A stretch of DNA of 64,000 nt from Nitrososphaerales archaeon (GTDB taxonomy: Archaea; Thermoproteota; Nitrososphaeria; Nitrososphaerales; UBA213): the NCBI GenBank assembly GCA_965197925.1, contig CBDAOC010000020.1, positions 32,001 through 96,000 of the forward strand. Reading direction: 5' to 3'. The notes beneath the pieces are model-generated. The model saw only the letters and a list, made by a program, of their open reading frames with translations, was not told where the DNA came from and searched no databases. Both the position numbers and the translations under genes were made by a program. Every line of letters begins with the position of its first letter. Positions within the stretch are counted from its first letter, which is position 1. Below are positions 41,317 through 52,689 of the stretch, in pieces.

Positions 41317-42039
41317 TTGGAACAACATATAAGTGAAAAGAAAACAATTGTATTGAAAGCACAAGTTACAGAAGAGGAGGCGAGGAAAATTGTGGAAAAA
41401 AAGAAAACCAAACTATTCGGGTCCGTTTTGCGTAAACCAAATCCTGATGATATTCATGTTACAATTGAACTTTTTTACGAAGCCTTCCTCTTATTGGGTG
41501 GGAAGATTGCTCTCGACTATTATAGAAAAGCTATACACACAGTTACCGTTGACGACGTTGTAAAAGAAATAGTGATAGGTGATGGGATTTTTCAGGCCAA
41601 GAGTGAGTCCAGAGTTTGGAAGAAATTAAAGCAAGGGATGAAGGCTAGTGTAGGTATGCATAAAGGAAAAATTGACCTAGAAGTAGAAGAACATGTAGTA
41701 TTGGAGAATGATGGTGATATAACGCTTAACAGGCAAGGAGATGAGATCAAATTTTCATATAAAATTAATTCAGAGATGATAGAAAATTACCCAACAAGAA
41801 TTTTAAGTGAATATGAGAAAAAAATTAGAAAATTGGAAATAAACTTAGAAGATGCAGTCCAAATGTTAAGTTCTAAATTGATGAGAGAAGAAAAAGGTGA
41901 TATAAGGATGGTATCTGAAACGTTATCTGTATATAAGACAAATGAAATTTACGTTCCCATTTATGAAGCAAGATGCAACGCTCCCCCTAATAAAGTTAAT
42001 ATTTTTAGAATAGATGCTATTAGCAGAAAGATCCTTTGA
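41317..42039 (+). CDS. Conserved hypothetical protein
   Basis: Long clean 240-aa ORF ending 'IYVPIYEARC...RIDAI'. Confidence 0.75.
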   Translation: MEQHISEKKTIVLKAQVTEEEARKIVEKKKTKLFGSVLRKPNPDDIHVTIELFYEAFLLLGGKIALDYYRKAIHTVTVDDVVKEIVIGDGIFQAKSESRVWKKLKQGMKASVGMHKGKIDLEVEEHVVLENDGDITLNRQGDEIKFSYKINSEMIENYPTRILSEYEKKIRKLEINLEDAVQMLSSKLMREEKGDIRMVSETLSVYKTNEIYVPIYEARCNAPPNKVNIFRIDAISRKIL

Positions 42040-42468
42040 AAGGGTTATATGATCTATATATTATCTGATTTCGTTGAATTCTACAAATTCTTGGTTAATA
42101 AAGGAATAACCTTTACGATATCGACATGTAAGAAATAATTCTTATAACGAGTTTCATATTTTTAATTTCGAATTTGTTAAAGATTAAAATTTACAAATAA
42201 TCAAATGTGAGATATTTTGTTTGTTTTGTTCTAAGGTTAATGGTATTTCCCATTCAGTAAATATTTCTTACCAGAATATATCTAGATTTATTGGTTAATT
42301 GATCAGCGGCAGTCCCAAAAGAAGGTTAGGAAACCTTTTCAAAATAATTATGAATAGAAACAGCTTTCAAGGTTAATTTTTTCTCTCACTCTGTAATTAT
42401 TGTTTTTCTTGTCAAGCGAAATTGGTCATTACTTATTATGCCGAGTGGTGAGAGATAAGATAACCCAC

Positions 42469-45400
42469 ATGGTTCACATTAAAAAGGTAGAGATCTATGG
42501 CTTCAAATCATTCGGTTATAAAAATACAGTAGTTCCCATGGAGAAGGGTGTAGTATGTGTAACGGGTCCAAATGGATCTGGCAAGAGTAACATATTAGAT
42601 GCCATTGTATTTGCATTGGGAGAAAATAGTCCCAAAGTATTACGTGTTAATAAGTTGCACTCATTATTTCATGATCAAAGTGAAGGCAGAGTCCACAAGT
42701 TGGTAAGGACTAGTGTCAGTTTTGATAACATAGAAAGGGGTATACCATTCGATTCTAATACAGTTACAATTACTAGAGAGATGCCTTTTCAAGGTGAGAG
42801 CCAGTATTATCTTAACGGTAAGAAGGTAACAAAGACCACAATAACGGATCTATTAGACATGGTGGTTGCTACACCAAACAAATTGAACGTTGTACAACAA
42901 GGTATGATCATGCGGCTAGCTGAACTCAACTCAGAGGAGAGGAGAAGCATAATAGAGGATATAGTAGGACTGTCATACTTTGACGAGAAAAAGGCGGGAG
43001 CAATGAAACAGCTTGAAGAGGCTGATCGTAGACTTGAGGTTGCAATGGCAAGAATGGGAGAAATAAGGAAGCGAATTGACGATTTGGAAGGCGAAAGAAA
43101 TGATCAGTTGAGATTTCATTATCTAGAAAGAGATATCAAACATATCAAGGCTATCAAGTTCTCAATTTCAATACTGGAAATTAGGAAACGGTTACAATCT
43201 CAGAATATTGTATCAGAGCAGAACTCAGTTGAAATTGAAAATGTCAGTAAAGAACTAGAGACGATAAAAAAAGAGCTATCGCTACTTGAAGGAGAAAAAT
43301 CAAATTTCCTAAAGGAGGTAGATGTTTATTCAAGGGCAAAGGCTGAGGTAGATAGTGGAATTTCTAATGTAATAATGAGGTTCGAGCAGTTGAAGGCAAG
43401 CATAAGATCTAGTGAGCAGCGAGTGAAACAGATCGGTCAAAACATTCCAATGCTATTAAAAGAAAGAGATTTGATGAAAAAACAGACCGATATTATAAAT
43501 GCAAAGCTCAAAGAATCAAATTCTCAGTTGACTGTAAGTGAAGAAGGGAAGCGTAAAATTCTTGCGGAATTTGAAGTTTTGAATTCTGAACTTAAGGATT
43601 TGCATTCCAGACAATCTGAAGTAAATGAACAAAAGATAAATTTTCAAGAACAATTGAAGGGGTTAGAGAATATACAGGGAAAGAACAGTATCGAACTTTC
43701 TACAAACGTGGAGCGGCAAAAGATAAATGTCGAAAAGTTGCAAACAAATACCAATCGTGAACAAAGTATAAATGATGAACAGAAAACGTTGTCTATATTA
43801 ATTGCAAAACTGCAAAAACTTAAGAGTGAAGAACATCAAAAGATTGATTATTATGATCAAGAGATTAGAAAAATAGATACAAAGAAGGTCAATATAGAAC
43901 AACAGATAGAAAATACCTCACTCCTGCTAGAAAAGGCTGGATCTGCAGCAGTCCACTACAAGACCAAGATAAAGATGGTCAAGAATCTTCAACATGAAGA
44001 TTATGCTATTGCAATGTTGTTGCAATATGCGAAAGAATTTGGTATCCTGGGTACATTTATGCAATTGGTCAAATGGGAAAATTATTATGAACGTGCTGTT
44101 ATCACCGTCGCATCGTTATGGATGAAAGCAATTGTTGTTAAAGACGTGAAGAAAATGCTCAGGATGGTCGATCACGCACGCGAAATGAAATTCCCTAGGC
44201 TCCGAATAATTCCATTGGATATTGCAACAAATCAAAACGTTGTGAATATTCCTGCGTCCAAAGGTGTAAGAGGTTTGTTATCAAACTTCGTATTGTCTTA
44301 TGAAGCACCAAACTTGGTTGATTTTGTATTTGGAGAGACCATACTTGTAGATAATGCTCATATTGCCTACCAACTTTCCAAAGAAGGATGGAAAACGGTC
44401 ACTTTCGAGGGAGAACTTTTTGAGCCGAAAGCAAATGCAGTCATATTAGATCTGAATTCAAAAATCACTAATCTCACTAAGACAATTCTCTTAGGTGAAT
44501 CGATTGAGAGCCTTATAAGCTCGATTGATATGCTAAGGCAGCTTATTTCAAGGAAAAAAGATGAACTTAATGACATAACATTAGAATTGAAACAAGTAGA
44601 AGAGAGCAAGGCTGAAGTAATCAGATCAATAACCGCGATTGATTCACAGATAGAAAATAGTCGAGGGTTATTGCAACACCATACCAGAGGCAGTGAAATT
44701 ATTCAGGAAAGAATTAAATCAATTATAGACCTTGATTCAGAAACCACGAACAAGATAGGGGATCTAGAAGCTGAACAGAAAAAAATGAATTTCAAAATTG
44801 TTGAAATACAAAACAAATTGGAAGTGATCGATGAACAAAGAGTTGATAAAAATATTCGAGTGGTAGAACTTCAGAAGATAGAGATGGTCAGAACTATTGA
44901 AAGTCTGGAGAATGAAATACGTGAGAAAATTACACTAATTTCGTCTCAAAAAGGTGAAATTGAAAGTCTTTCAAAGAAGATTGGTGATATTGCCCATAAT
45001 TTCAAAATAATAAAAGAAGAAGCAGTAGAGAAATCTTATTCTATAAAAGAAAATAAAAAGGAGCTACAAAATGTTCAAGATGAGCTAAAGGCATTTAGAG
45101 ATAGGGAACAACAGATTATAGATACATCAGGCAATTCTGTTCGTATACTGCAGAAATATGAGTCAAAAATTAAACTTGTTTCAGAGGAAGAACGAAAGAT
45201 CTACAAACAAATGAGCACCATAGAGAAGAACATAGCTTTGAATAGAAAAGAAATAACGGATCTAACTATCAATGAAAAGGCACTTATGCAGGAATTGATG
45301 GAATATGGTTATAGTGAACCTCTGGAAGGTCACAATGTTGTAATTGAAGTTGCTGAACTCATAAAAGAGTATGATAATGTTCGTGGTTCGATTAACCAGC

Positions 45401-45993
45401 TAGCCGACAAGACCTATGTCCAGGTAATAGAAGGTTATAGAGGAATGTCATTTCGGAAGAATCAGCTTGAATCCGAACGCAACTCCATCGTAAGGTTCAT
45501 CGAAGATATAGAAAGACAAAAGAGACAGGTATTCATGGAAGCTTTTGATAAGGTAAACAAAGATGTACGATATATGTTTTCAAAGATGACTGGTGGTGAT
45601 GGCTCAGCGTGGCTAGAGCTCGAAAACCCTGACGATGTCTTTATCACCGGGATTATGTTTATTGCACAATTTCCAATGAAACCGCCAAGAGAGTCAACAT
45701 CCTTGAGCGGCGGAGAAAAGACTATTGCAGCTACCACCTTCTTACTTGCTTTACAATCTTTGAAACCATCACCCTACTACCTCTTCGACGAAATTGATGC
45801 ACACCTTGATGCTCAGAACACGGAGAGGTTGTCAAAAATTGTAGTAGAAAAATCTAAGTTAAGTCAAATGATAGTCGTTACATTAAAAGATGCTATAGTG
45901 GCGAAAGCTAAGATGGTTCACGGTGTTTATCCAAAAAGTGGTATCTCCCAAGTAATAAAATACAATCCATCTACAATGCCAGTGACAAGCTAG
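42469..45993 (+). CDS. smc: Chromosome segregation protein SMC
   Basis: 'MVHIKKVEIYGFKSF', Walker A GPNGSGKS, coiled coils, LSGGEK and 'FDEIDAHLD'. Confidence 0.97.
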   Translation: MVHIKKVEIYGFKSFGYKNTVVPMEKGVVCVTGPNGSGKSNILDAIVFALGENSPKVLRVNKLHSLFHDQSEGRVHKLVRTSVSFDNIERGIPFDSNTVTITREMPFQGESQYYLNGKKVTKTTITDLLDMVVATPNKLNVVQQGMIMRLAELNSEERRSIIEDIVGLSYFDEKKAGAMKQLEEADRRLEVAMARMGEIRKRIDDLEGERNDQLRFHYLERDIKHIKAIKFSISILEIRKRLQSQNIVSEQNSVEIENVSKELETIKKELSLLEGEKSNFLKEVDVYSRAKAEVDSGISNVIMRFEQLKASIRSSEQRVKQIGQNIPMLLKERDLMKKQTDIINAKLKESNSQLTVSEEGKRKILAEFEVLNSELKDLHSRQSEVNEQKINFQEQLKGLENIQGKNSIELSTNVERQKINVEKLQTNTNREQSINDEQKTLSILIAKLQKLKSEEHQKIDYYDQEIRKIDTKKVNIEQQIENTSLLLEKAGSAAVHYKTKIKMVKNLQHEDYAIAMLLQYAKEFGILGTFMQLVKWENYYERAVITVASLWMKAIVVKDVKKMLRMVDHAREMKFPRLRIIPLDIATNQNVVNIPASKGVRGLLSNFVLSYEAPNLVDFVFGETILVDNAHIAYQLSKEGWKTVTFEGELFEPKANAVILDLNSKITNLTKTILLGESIESLISSIDMLRQLISRKKDELNDITLELKQVEESKAEVIRSITAIDSQIENSRGLLQHHTRGSEIIQERIKSIIDLDSETTNKIGDLEAEQKKMNFKIVEIQNKLEVIDEQRVDKNIRVVELQKIEMVRTIESLENEIREKITLISSQKGEIESLSKKIGDIAHNFKIIKEEAVEKSYSIKENKKELQNVQDELKAFRDREQQIIDTSGNSVRILQKYESKIKLVSEEERKIYKQMSTIEKNIALNRKEITDLTINEKALMQELMEYGYSEPLEGHNVVIEVAELIKEYDNVRGSINQLADKTYVQVIEGYRGMSFRKNQLESERNSIVRFIEDIERQKRQVFMEAFDKVNKDVRYMFSKMTGGDGSAWLELENPDDVFITGIMFIAQFPMKPPRESTSLSGGEKTIAATTFLLALQSLKPSPYYLFDEIDAHLDAQNTERLSKIVVEKSKLSQMIVVTLKDAIVAKAKMVHGVYPKSGISQVIKYNPSTMPVTS

Positions 45994-46521
45994 ATACACT
46001 TGTATTATTTTAGTTTTGAAGTTATTTATGGCATAGAATTTACAAAAAATGATCGGTGTATTTAATGACTACATGATCTAGCTTTTCTGATTCAATATTA
46101 CCACACTTTTCCCTTGAAATATTGATTCAAACAAATCTGAGTATCACATTCTTGGAAAGAATATATAAGACTATACCCATATCAGTTTCTAAAAGTGGAA
46201 CAAACTTACCGAAGATGTGGTTGCTAAAATTCATGAAGATGGTAAATTCAAAATAAAATTAGAACAGGAAAGACAGTTTCCATATCCTATAGGTATCTTA
46301 ATAGATGCGAGAAATTCATAAATATTCTACCAACAATTATCAGAGTATAAATTTGAATTATGAGCGACTTGTTTTGTTACATGAGAAGTTATTCCATTTA
46401 ATAATTAGTAGATGAATTTGAATGATTGCTTCCTATTAAACCTAGACTTTCAATTTCAGTCCTTGTTTCCCAGTTGTAGGTTACTTATAGATACGACAGG
46501 GCCAATTTCCTTTACATATAT

Positions 46522-47532
46522 TCACTTTGGATAAAGAAAACAAGAAACATAATGCGATTCTTCAATTTCCAATAATTGTGGGGCTTTTTTGCAAATATCC
46601 ATTGCATTGGAGCAACGGGGTTCAAAATTACATCCTACGTGAATTACTTCTGTACCAGTTTCTACCTTTATCCTAAGTTTCTTTTCGACGAGACGATTGT
46701 TAGGATCTGGTTCCAATAGTGCATCCATTAACGCCTTTGTATAGGGATGCAATGGATTGAGTAGCACCTTATCGATAGGACCCTTTTCCACAATTTTTCC
46801 CAAATACATTATTGCAATTTCCTTGCCAATGTATCTCGAAGTCGAAAGATCATGAGTGATATAGAGGTAAGTTATTTCATATTTCTTCTGCAATTTCTGC
46901 ATAAGCTCAAGTATTTCTGCCCTTATAGACAAGTCGAGCATAGATACCGGTTCATCAGCCACGATGAACTTAGGTTTCAGTACTAATGCTCTTGCAAGTG
47001 CAACTCTCTGTCTCTGGCCGCCAGATAGCATATGCGGGTACCTATAAGCAATTTCACTTACAGGTTCGAGTCTTACTTCTTCTAGCGCTTTCATAACCTT
47101 CTCATTCCGTTCTTCCTTCGAACCGATTTTGAGCACTGTCAAAGGTTCCATAACGATCTCAAATATCTTCATCCTTGGATCTATAGATGCGTATGGATCT
47201 TGGTGAACCATCTGTGCATTAACTCTAAACTTCTTCAATTCTTTATCATCGAGTTTAGTGACATCTACATCATCAAATAATACTTTTCCAGCATCTGGGT
47301 CAATCGCCCGTAAAATAAGTCTCGCTACGGTTGTTTTCCCAGAACCTGATTCACCTGCCAGAACAAAAACACTCCCTTTTTTAATTTCAAAGGTAACATC
47401 ATCAACAGCTTTAACAAAACCTTCCGTTCCACCACGTATCAGTTCTGAGATAGAACGTTTTACAGGAAACCATTTTCTCAATCCCTGAACTTTAATAAAT
47501 TGATTTACCATGATAAATAATAAACAATTCAA
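46522..47532 (-). CDS. Oligopeptide/dipeptide ABC transporter ATPase (OppF/DppF-like)
   Basis: GESGSGKT, LSGGQRQR, ADEP and 'PLHPYT' motifs; the start may be the ATG at 47511. Confidence 0.93.
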   Translation of the reverse strand: MNCLLFIMVNQFIKVQGLRKWFPVKRSISELIRGGTEGFVKAVDDVTFEIKKGSVFVLAGESGSGKTTVARLILRAIDPDAGKVLFDDVDVTKLDDKELKKFRVNAQMVHQDPYASIDPRMKIFEIVMEPLTVLKIGSKEERNEKVMKALEEVRLEPVSEIAYRYPHMLSGGQRQRVALARALVLKPKFIVADEPVSMLDLSIRAEILELMQKLQKKYEITYLYITHDLSTSRYIGKEIAIMYLGKIVEKGPIDKVLLNPLHPYTKALMDALLEPDPNNRLVEKKLRIKVETGTEVIHVGCNFEPRCSNAMDICKKAPQLLEIEESHYVSCFLYPK

Positions 47533-47547
47533 TTCTTAATATATCTA

Positions 47548-48498
47548 TTATTGGTTTTCATATAGCCAACATCTTACATATCCGCCTTTGGTGTTGATTA
47601 ATGGAGGATCTTGCATACAAACATCCATAGCAAATGAACATCTATTATAGAACCTACAACCTTTAGGTAGATTTGCCAGGTTAGGAGGATTGCCTTTAAT
47701 ATATGAAATATTTTTCTCATTTTTTAATCGTGGTATAGAAGCTATTAATGCTTGAGTGTAAGGGTGCTTGGGTTTATCATAGATTTGTTCCGCACTTCCG
47801 AACTCAACTAATTCACCAGCGTACATTATGCCTATCTTATCTGCAATTTCCGAAATTAAAGCAAGATCATGTGTGATAAGCATTATTGTCATTCCTTTCT
47901 TTTTCAGATTTTTGAGAAGATTAATTATCTGGGCCTGAACCAGGACATCTAATGCGGTAGTAGGTTCATCAGCAATTACAAATTCGGGCTCAAGTAGTAA
48001 TGCCAAAGCGATGATTATTCTTTGTTTCATACCACCACTCAGTTCATGCGGATATTTGTTGAGTATCGAAGAATCCAAACCGACTTGTTTTACAGCTTTT
48101 GTTAAACATTCAACCATCTTTTCTTGCGGAAATCCATGATGTATCAAAGCCTCTTTCAGCTGATCTTTAACACTGTAAACAGGATCCAAGGCGTTCATTG
48201 CTCCTTGAAATATCATGGAAATACGTTTCCATCTTACTTTCTTCGTGAACTCTTTTTCGGTCATATGTAAAATATCCGTATCATTTAGGATTATCCTACC
48301 ATCAATTATTTTTCCCGGAGGCTGAAGCATCCTAATCATGCATAATCCTAGCGTGCTCTTTCCCGATGCAGATTCACCAGCAATACCCAATGATTCTCCA
48401 TCGTCTAATGTAAAACTAATGTTGTCAACTGCCTTAACATTTCCATTACTCACAAAATAATACGCTTTCAGGTTTTCAACCCTCAACCCTTTTTCCAT
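47548..48498 (-). CDS. Oligopeptide/dipeptide ABC transporter ATPase (OppD/DppD-like)
   Basis: GESASGKS, LSGGMKQR and ADEPTTALD motifs. Confidence 0.93.
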   Translation of the reverse strand: MEKGLRVENLKAYYFVSNGNVKAVDNISFTLDDGESLGIAGESASGKSTLGLCMIRMLQPPGKIIDGRIILNDTDILHMTEKEFTKKVRWKRISMIFQGAMNALDPVYSVKDQLKEALIHHGFPQEKMVECLTKAVKQVGLDSSILNKYPHELSGGMKQRIIIALALLLEPEFVIADEPTTALDVLVQAQIINLLKNLKKKGMTIMLITHDLALISEIADKIGIMYAGELVEFGSAEQIYDKPKHPYTQALIASIPRLKNEKNISYIKGNPPNLANLPKGCRFYNRCSFAMDVCMQDPPLINTKGGYVRCWLYENQ

Positions 48499-48528
48499 TT
48501 TTGATAATTCGCTTTAGTACTATATTAC

Positions 48529-49035
48529 TTATGCTCCCCTCAATAGGGCTGCGATGAATATTACCACAAATGAGATCATAAATACAATCAACATCATTGA
48601 TCTTGTCAACCTTAGCATTGATGAACATGTGGAACACGAATGTTGTATGAATTCTTCTCTAATATGTAGTGATATATGTGTTATAATTTCTGTTTTGAAT
48701 TTCATAGTGATTTTAGTCACAAGTATTATCATCACCATCACAAATATAATTTTTACAAGTAATGACTGCCCATAAGCCGTATCCGTAAAATCCGATAGTG
48801 TAGTCATGTTGTTTACGAATATAACTCTGTATAACCCCGTGAAGACTATAACAGATATACTTATCCATACCAGCCTGAGAAAATTCGGAAGAACTTTGCT
48901 AATCATTCTACTTCTATTAGTAAGATCAAACTGTGCAAGATTAGGAGTAAGTATCAGCAAATTAAATCCTAAACCACCAATCCATAGCATTACCGCACTC
49001 AAGTGCATCCAGTGTAGTATTAGACTTATTACCAC
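48529..49035 (-). CDS. CopD-like membrane protein
   Basis: 'HWMHLSAVMLWIGG' and 'TAYGQSLLVK' motifs; four TM segments. Confidence 0.75.
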   Translation of the reverse strand: MVISLILHWMHLSAVMLWIGGLGFNLLILTPNLAQFDLTNRSRMISKVLPNFLRLVWISISVIVFTGLYRVIFVNNMTTLSDFTDTAYGQSLLVKIIFVMVMIILVTKITMKFKTEIITHISLHIREEFIQHSCSTCSSMLRLTRSMMLIVFMISFVVIFIAALLRGA

Positions 49036-49119
49036 ATCGTAACTTGTTTGAACAACAAATTAAGGTTTGAATTCAAGAGCACGGTTATATAAGGCAGTTA
49101 GATTTATTCAACTTGCAAA

Positions 49120-50412
49120 ATGACTGATATCTTAAGAACACATTATGCCAATCAGCTTAACGAATCAATAATAGATCAAATTATTAGCATTGGCGGTTGG
49201 CTAGAAGATTTGCGTGACATAGGATCATTGGTATTTCTTACGGTTCGCGATAATAGCGGCACCGCACAAGTGATTGTGAGTGATCCCAATATGTTGGTAG
49301 GTGCTAAGAAAATTACAAGGCAAAGCATTGTAATGGTTTCTGGTAAGCTACAGAAAAGCAAATCCAAGGCATTGCGCGTTGAAATTAAGGCCAATTACAT
49401 AGAAGTGTTGTCAAGCGCAGTACAGCCACTACCTATAGACCCAACTGGCCGTGTTAATACATCAATAGATGTTAGGTTGGACTCGAGGGCACTTGACCTT
49501 AGAAACCCAAAGGTTCTTGCATTGTTTCAGATAAGGCATGAGACATTACAGTCGATTAGAAAAACACTGATAGAAAATAGATTCATTGAAGTTAATACCC
49601 CGAAAATAATTGGTAGTGCGAGTGAAGGTGGTGCTAACCTTTTCTCTCTGGAATATTTTGGTAAGAAAGCTTATTTGGCGCAGAGTCCTCAGTTGTACAA
49701 GGAACAATTAACGATTGCATTAGATAGAGTATTCGAGATAGCTCCTTACTATAGAGCAGAAAAATCTCACACAGTTCGGCATTTGAACGAATTCATCAGC
49801 ATAGATATCGAAGGTGCGTTTATGGATGCCGACGACGTCATGAAAGTAGCGGAACAAATGGTAAGAAATATTCTAGTGCATCTTCACAAGAGGAGCATCG
49901 ACGATCTGAAACAGTTCAGTAATGAAATTATAGTTCCTTCATTACCATTTAAACGCCTGACTTATTCGCAAGTTCTTGATGAGCTTAAAAACCATGACAT
50001 AAAATTGGAATTTGGCGAAGACTTATCCGAACACGCATTGCGTGTTCTAGGTGAAAAATACAAAGATTACTACTTTATAATAGACTGGCCGCTCAAACTG
50101 AAACCATTTTATATACATGAAAAAGCGGATGATTCTGAATTGTCATATTCTTTCGACCTCCAGTATGGGTATTTGGAACTTTCTTCTGGGGGCAAAAGAC
50201 AACATGATGCGAATAAATTGAGAAAAAGATTGAAAGAACAGGGTCTGGATCCAGCTGATTTTGAGGATCATCTCAAGGTCTTTGAATGGGGTATGCCACC
50301 ACATTCTGGATGGGGTATTGGGCTTGATAGACTTTTGATGGCAATATGTAATTCAAGCAATATAAGGGAAGTTGTGTTGTATCCCAGGGATACTGAAAGA
50401 TTGAAACCGTAG
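49120..50412 (+). CDS. aspS: Aspartyl-tRNA synthetase (archaeal type)
   Basis: OB-fold start, 'SEGGANLF', 'LAQSPQLYKE' and 'GMPPHSGWGIGLDR' motifs. Confidence 0.97.
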   Translation: MTDILRTHYANQLNESIIDQIISIGGWLEDLRDIGSLVFLTVRDNSGTAQVIVSDPNMLVGAKKITRQSIVMVSGKLQKSKSKALRVEIKANYIEVLSSAVQPLPIDPTGRVNTSIDVRLDSRALDLRNPKVLALFQIRHETLQSIRKTLIENRFIEVNTPKIIGSASEGGANLFSLEYFGKKAYLAQSPQLYKEQLTIALDRVFEIAPYYRAEKSHTVRHLNEFISIDIEGAFMDADDVMKVAEQMVRNILVHLHKRSIDDLKQFSNEIIVPSLPFKRLTYSQVLDELKNHDIKLEFGEDLSEHALRVLGEKYKDYYFIIDWPLKLKPFYIHEKADDSELSYSFDLQYGYLELSSGGKRQHDANKLRKRLKEQGLDPADFEDHLKVFEWGMPPHSGWGIGLDRLLMAICNSSNIREVVLYPRDTERLKP

Positions 50413-50459
50413 TTAAATGTGGAATCGTTTGGATTACACATTAAATTATCGTAGTAATT

Positions 50460-50620
50460 CATGAAGAGTGTTGCTTGGTTGATGAACACATGAAGTTAGT
50501 CAAATGGAAGAAAATGGTGACGGAATTAATGCTGAAGGCTTCCCTACACAACATATTCAATGCAATGAATGCAAAAGGGTGTAGATAACTGCTATAATAT
50601 GGTAATTATTCGACATTGCT
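50460..50620 (+). mobile_element. 3' end remnant of an IS5-like element
   Basis: Homologous to 57540-57698; ends with the TIR-like AATTATTCGACATTGC; left boundary approximate. Confidence 0.6.
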
Positions 50621-50680
50621 GTAGTATTTTGAAGGGATATTACGAACAGACTTTAAATAATCCGTTTGGCACCTTGCAAT

Positions 50681-51232
50681 ATGGAAGACAGGCTAGAGTT
50701 AAAGGAATTATACACTACACTTGAAAGAGAAATAGAAAGTGATCAAATACAGTATATGAAAAGCACGACCTATAGAGATATAGCAAAAATACTAGGCAAC
50801 CTCAGTGGTCAAGGTTATGATGGTATAGAAGCAAGGATAAAGAATACCGTGACCGAGTTGATAGGAGACATGGTAACGTTACTACTTCGAACAAGACTTC
50901 GCAAAATTAAACAGTCAGAAGTAGATTACATAAACCTTACTGAAGAGGAGCAATATATAGCACATTCTGAAAAGAACCTAAGTATTCGCTTTGAACAAGT
51001 TATGTTTGCAACACTTGGGGGGAGGGTAAAGTTACTCGAGGGAACAGTGTTAAAGACAAAAATAACACGTATACTGCTTAGGTTTCTGAAGGCGATAGAC
51101 ACCATAACAGGTGTTGATGATAACAGATATGGACCATTTGAAGCTGAAGATATTGCTGTTCTACCTTTCGAAGAGGCCAAACGGCTAATTGAAGAAGGTG
51201 CTGCAATAGAGGTCACATTGATTGAGCAGTAA
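50681..51232 (+). CDS. GINS complex subunit (GINS15/Psf1-like)
   Basis: 'RLRKI...NLTEEE' and the C-terminal B domain 'GVDDNRYGPFEAEDIAVLP..EAKRLI'. Confidence 0.85.
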   Translation: MEDRLELKELYTTLEREIESDQIQYMKSTTYRDIAKILGNLSGQGYDGIEARIKNTVTELIGDMVTLLLRTRLRKIKQSEVDYINLTEEEQYIAHSEKNLSIRFEQVMFATLGGRVKLLEGTVLKTKITRILLRFLKAIDTITGVDDNRYGPFEAEDIAVLPFEEAKRLIEEGAAIEVTLIEQ

Positions 51233-51263
51233 CAGAAATAACCCCTTTTATCGCGAATAATAC

Positions 51264-51530
51264 ATGGCACACTTGAACATAGATCTACCGACGCATCTTT
51301 TGCTTGCTCTCTACCCCGCGGCAGCCTTATTTTTGATTGAAATAATAGGCATGTATGCCAAGGTGTTGCCTTATAAAAGATACACGGTTCAAGGGATTGT
51401 ATCCCTTGTGTTTGTGGTGCTATATGTTGTTGTCATCGAAGGAACGGGAATTGCTATAGTACTACTCTTACTTGCCCCAGTGCTTTTTATACAAGCGAAA
51501 CGTGTAAGGGAAAATCCAACAATACGTTAG
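51264..51530 (+). CDS. Small membrane protein
   Basis: 88 aa with three hydrophobic segments. Confidence 0.7.
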   Translation: MAHLNIDLPTHLLLALYPAAALFLIEIIGMYAKVLPYKRYTVQGIVSLVFVVLYVVVIEGTGIAIVLLLLAPVLFIQAKRVRENPTIR

Positions 51531-52416
51531 CTAGTTCCCTGGCATGTGTTTACTCTGTTCATCTCTATAATCCTCCCTATGCCGAAATCATAAATCCAAT
51601 CCAACATTTCGAACTTCGTACCCTCCAGTCGCATGAAGATTTATTTTCAAATATTTCTGGATGTATTTTCCCATAATCAATCTATAACCAAGTGCATCCT
51701 CTTACGTTTATATCATCATAGATGTATTTACTATTCTTATTCATATTGCCCATAAATATTTCCAAATTTCTTTGAAAATTATATTTGGGAGTAATGAACC
51801 TAGTACCGATGGTATCACAGCATGAAACATTTATCAGGTCACAGGCTTTATTCTCCAATTGAATAAACTATGGGCTACCACAATGTTTTATGGCCTTCCT
51901 TCTTTGAGAATAGATTCAACTCACCTGTGAGAATTTGCACTGTGATCAGTCGACATGAGTTAACCTACCAAAATACAATTTAGGAATTGCTTATACTTAA
52001 AATATCTATGGTAAAAACAAAACAACCATGATCAAACACCAGTGACATGCTGGACCAATATACTCTCGATAGCTATATGAAATTTAACTATCCTACGATT
52101 ACTGAAGGTAAACAATAATGGCATATCTCGTTAGGAGTATCTGGAGAAAAACTCCAGCGTATGTTTCTATTGGCAAGTCATCACGGCCGCTGATAATACA
52201 CAGATAATAAACTGGGTTCTAGGTGTTCCGTATGGTTTGAGGAATGTCAAGCCAAAAATAGAAAATAAGATGATATTAAATATTATCACTTCATATTCAC
52301 CGTTCGATCTGATTAATTCTCCTTAATTTTGTATTTAGATAATATGTTATTCATAAATATATTTTTCCTCGCTAGCTATATTGTTTCTTTTTTCAAAACC
52401 AGTTCAAAGGATGTAA

Positions 52417-52641
52417 TTACTTCTTTAATATTCTTCTTATTCTTTGTAAAATATTTTCTTTTCTTCCAATTCCCTTTTTTCGGATGACTTTCTTTTCTCC
52501 AAACTTCGTTGCCCTGATCAAGCGCAATTTCACACACCTATGATTTTCCGGCAATCTATGCTCTGGGCAGAACTTGTCCTTACAATAATTACACTCAAAA
52601 GGCATGTCACTCTCTAACCCACAGTAATAACAAGAATCCAT
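52417..52641 (-). CDS. AN1-type zinc-finger protein
   Basis: CYYC...PFECNYC...FCPEHRLPENHRC. Confidence 0.9.
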   Translation of the reverse strand: MDSCYYCGLESDMPFECNYCKDKFCPEHRLPENHRCVKLRLIRATKFGEKKVIRKKGIGRKENILQRIRRILKK

Positions 52642-52689
52642 GAGACAAAAGGAAAATTTTATCAAATATAAATGAAGATGTCAGAATTA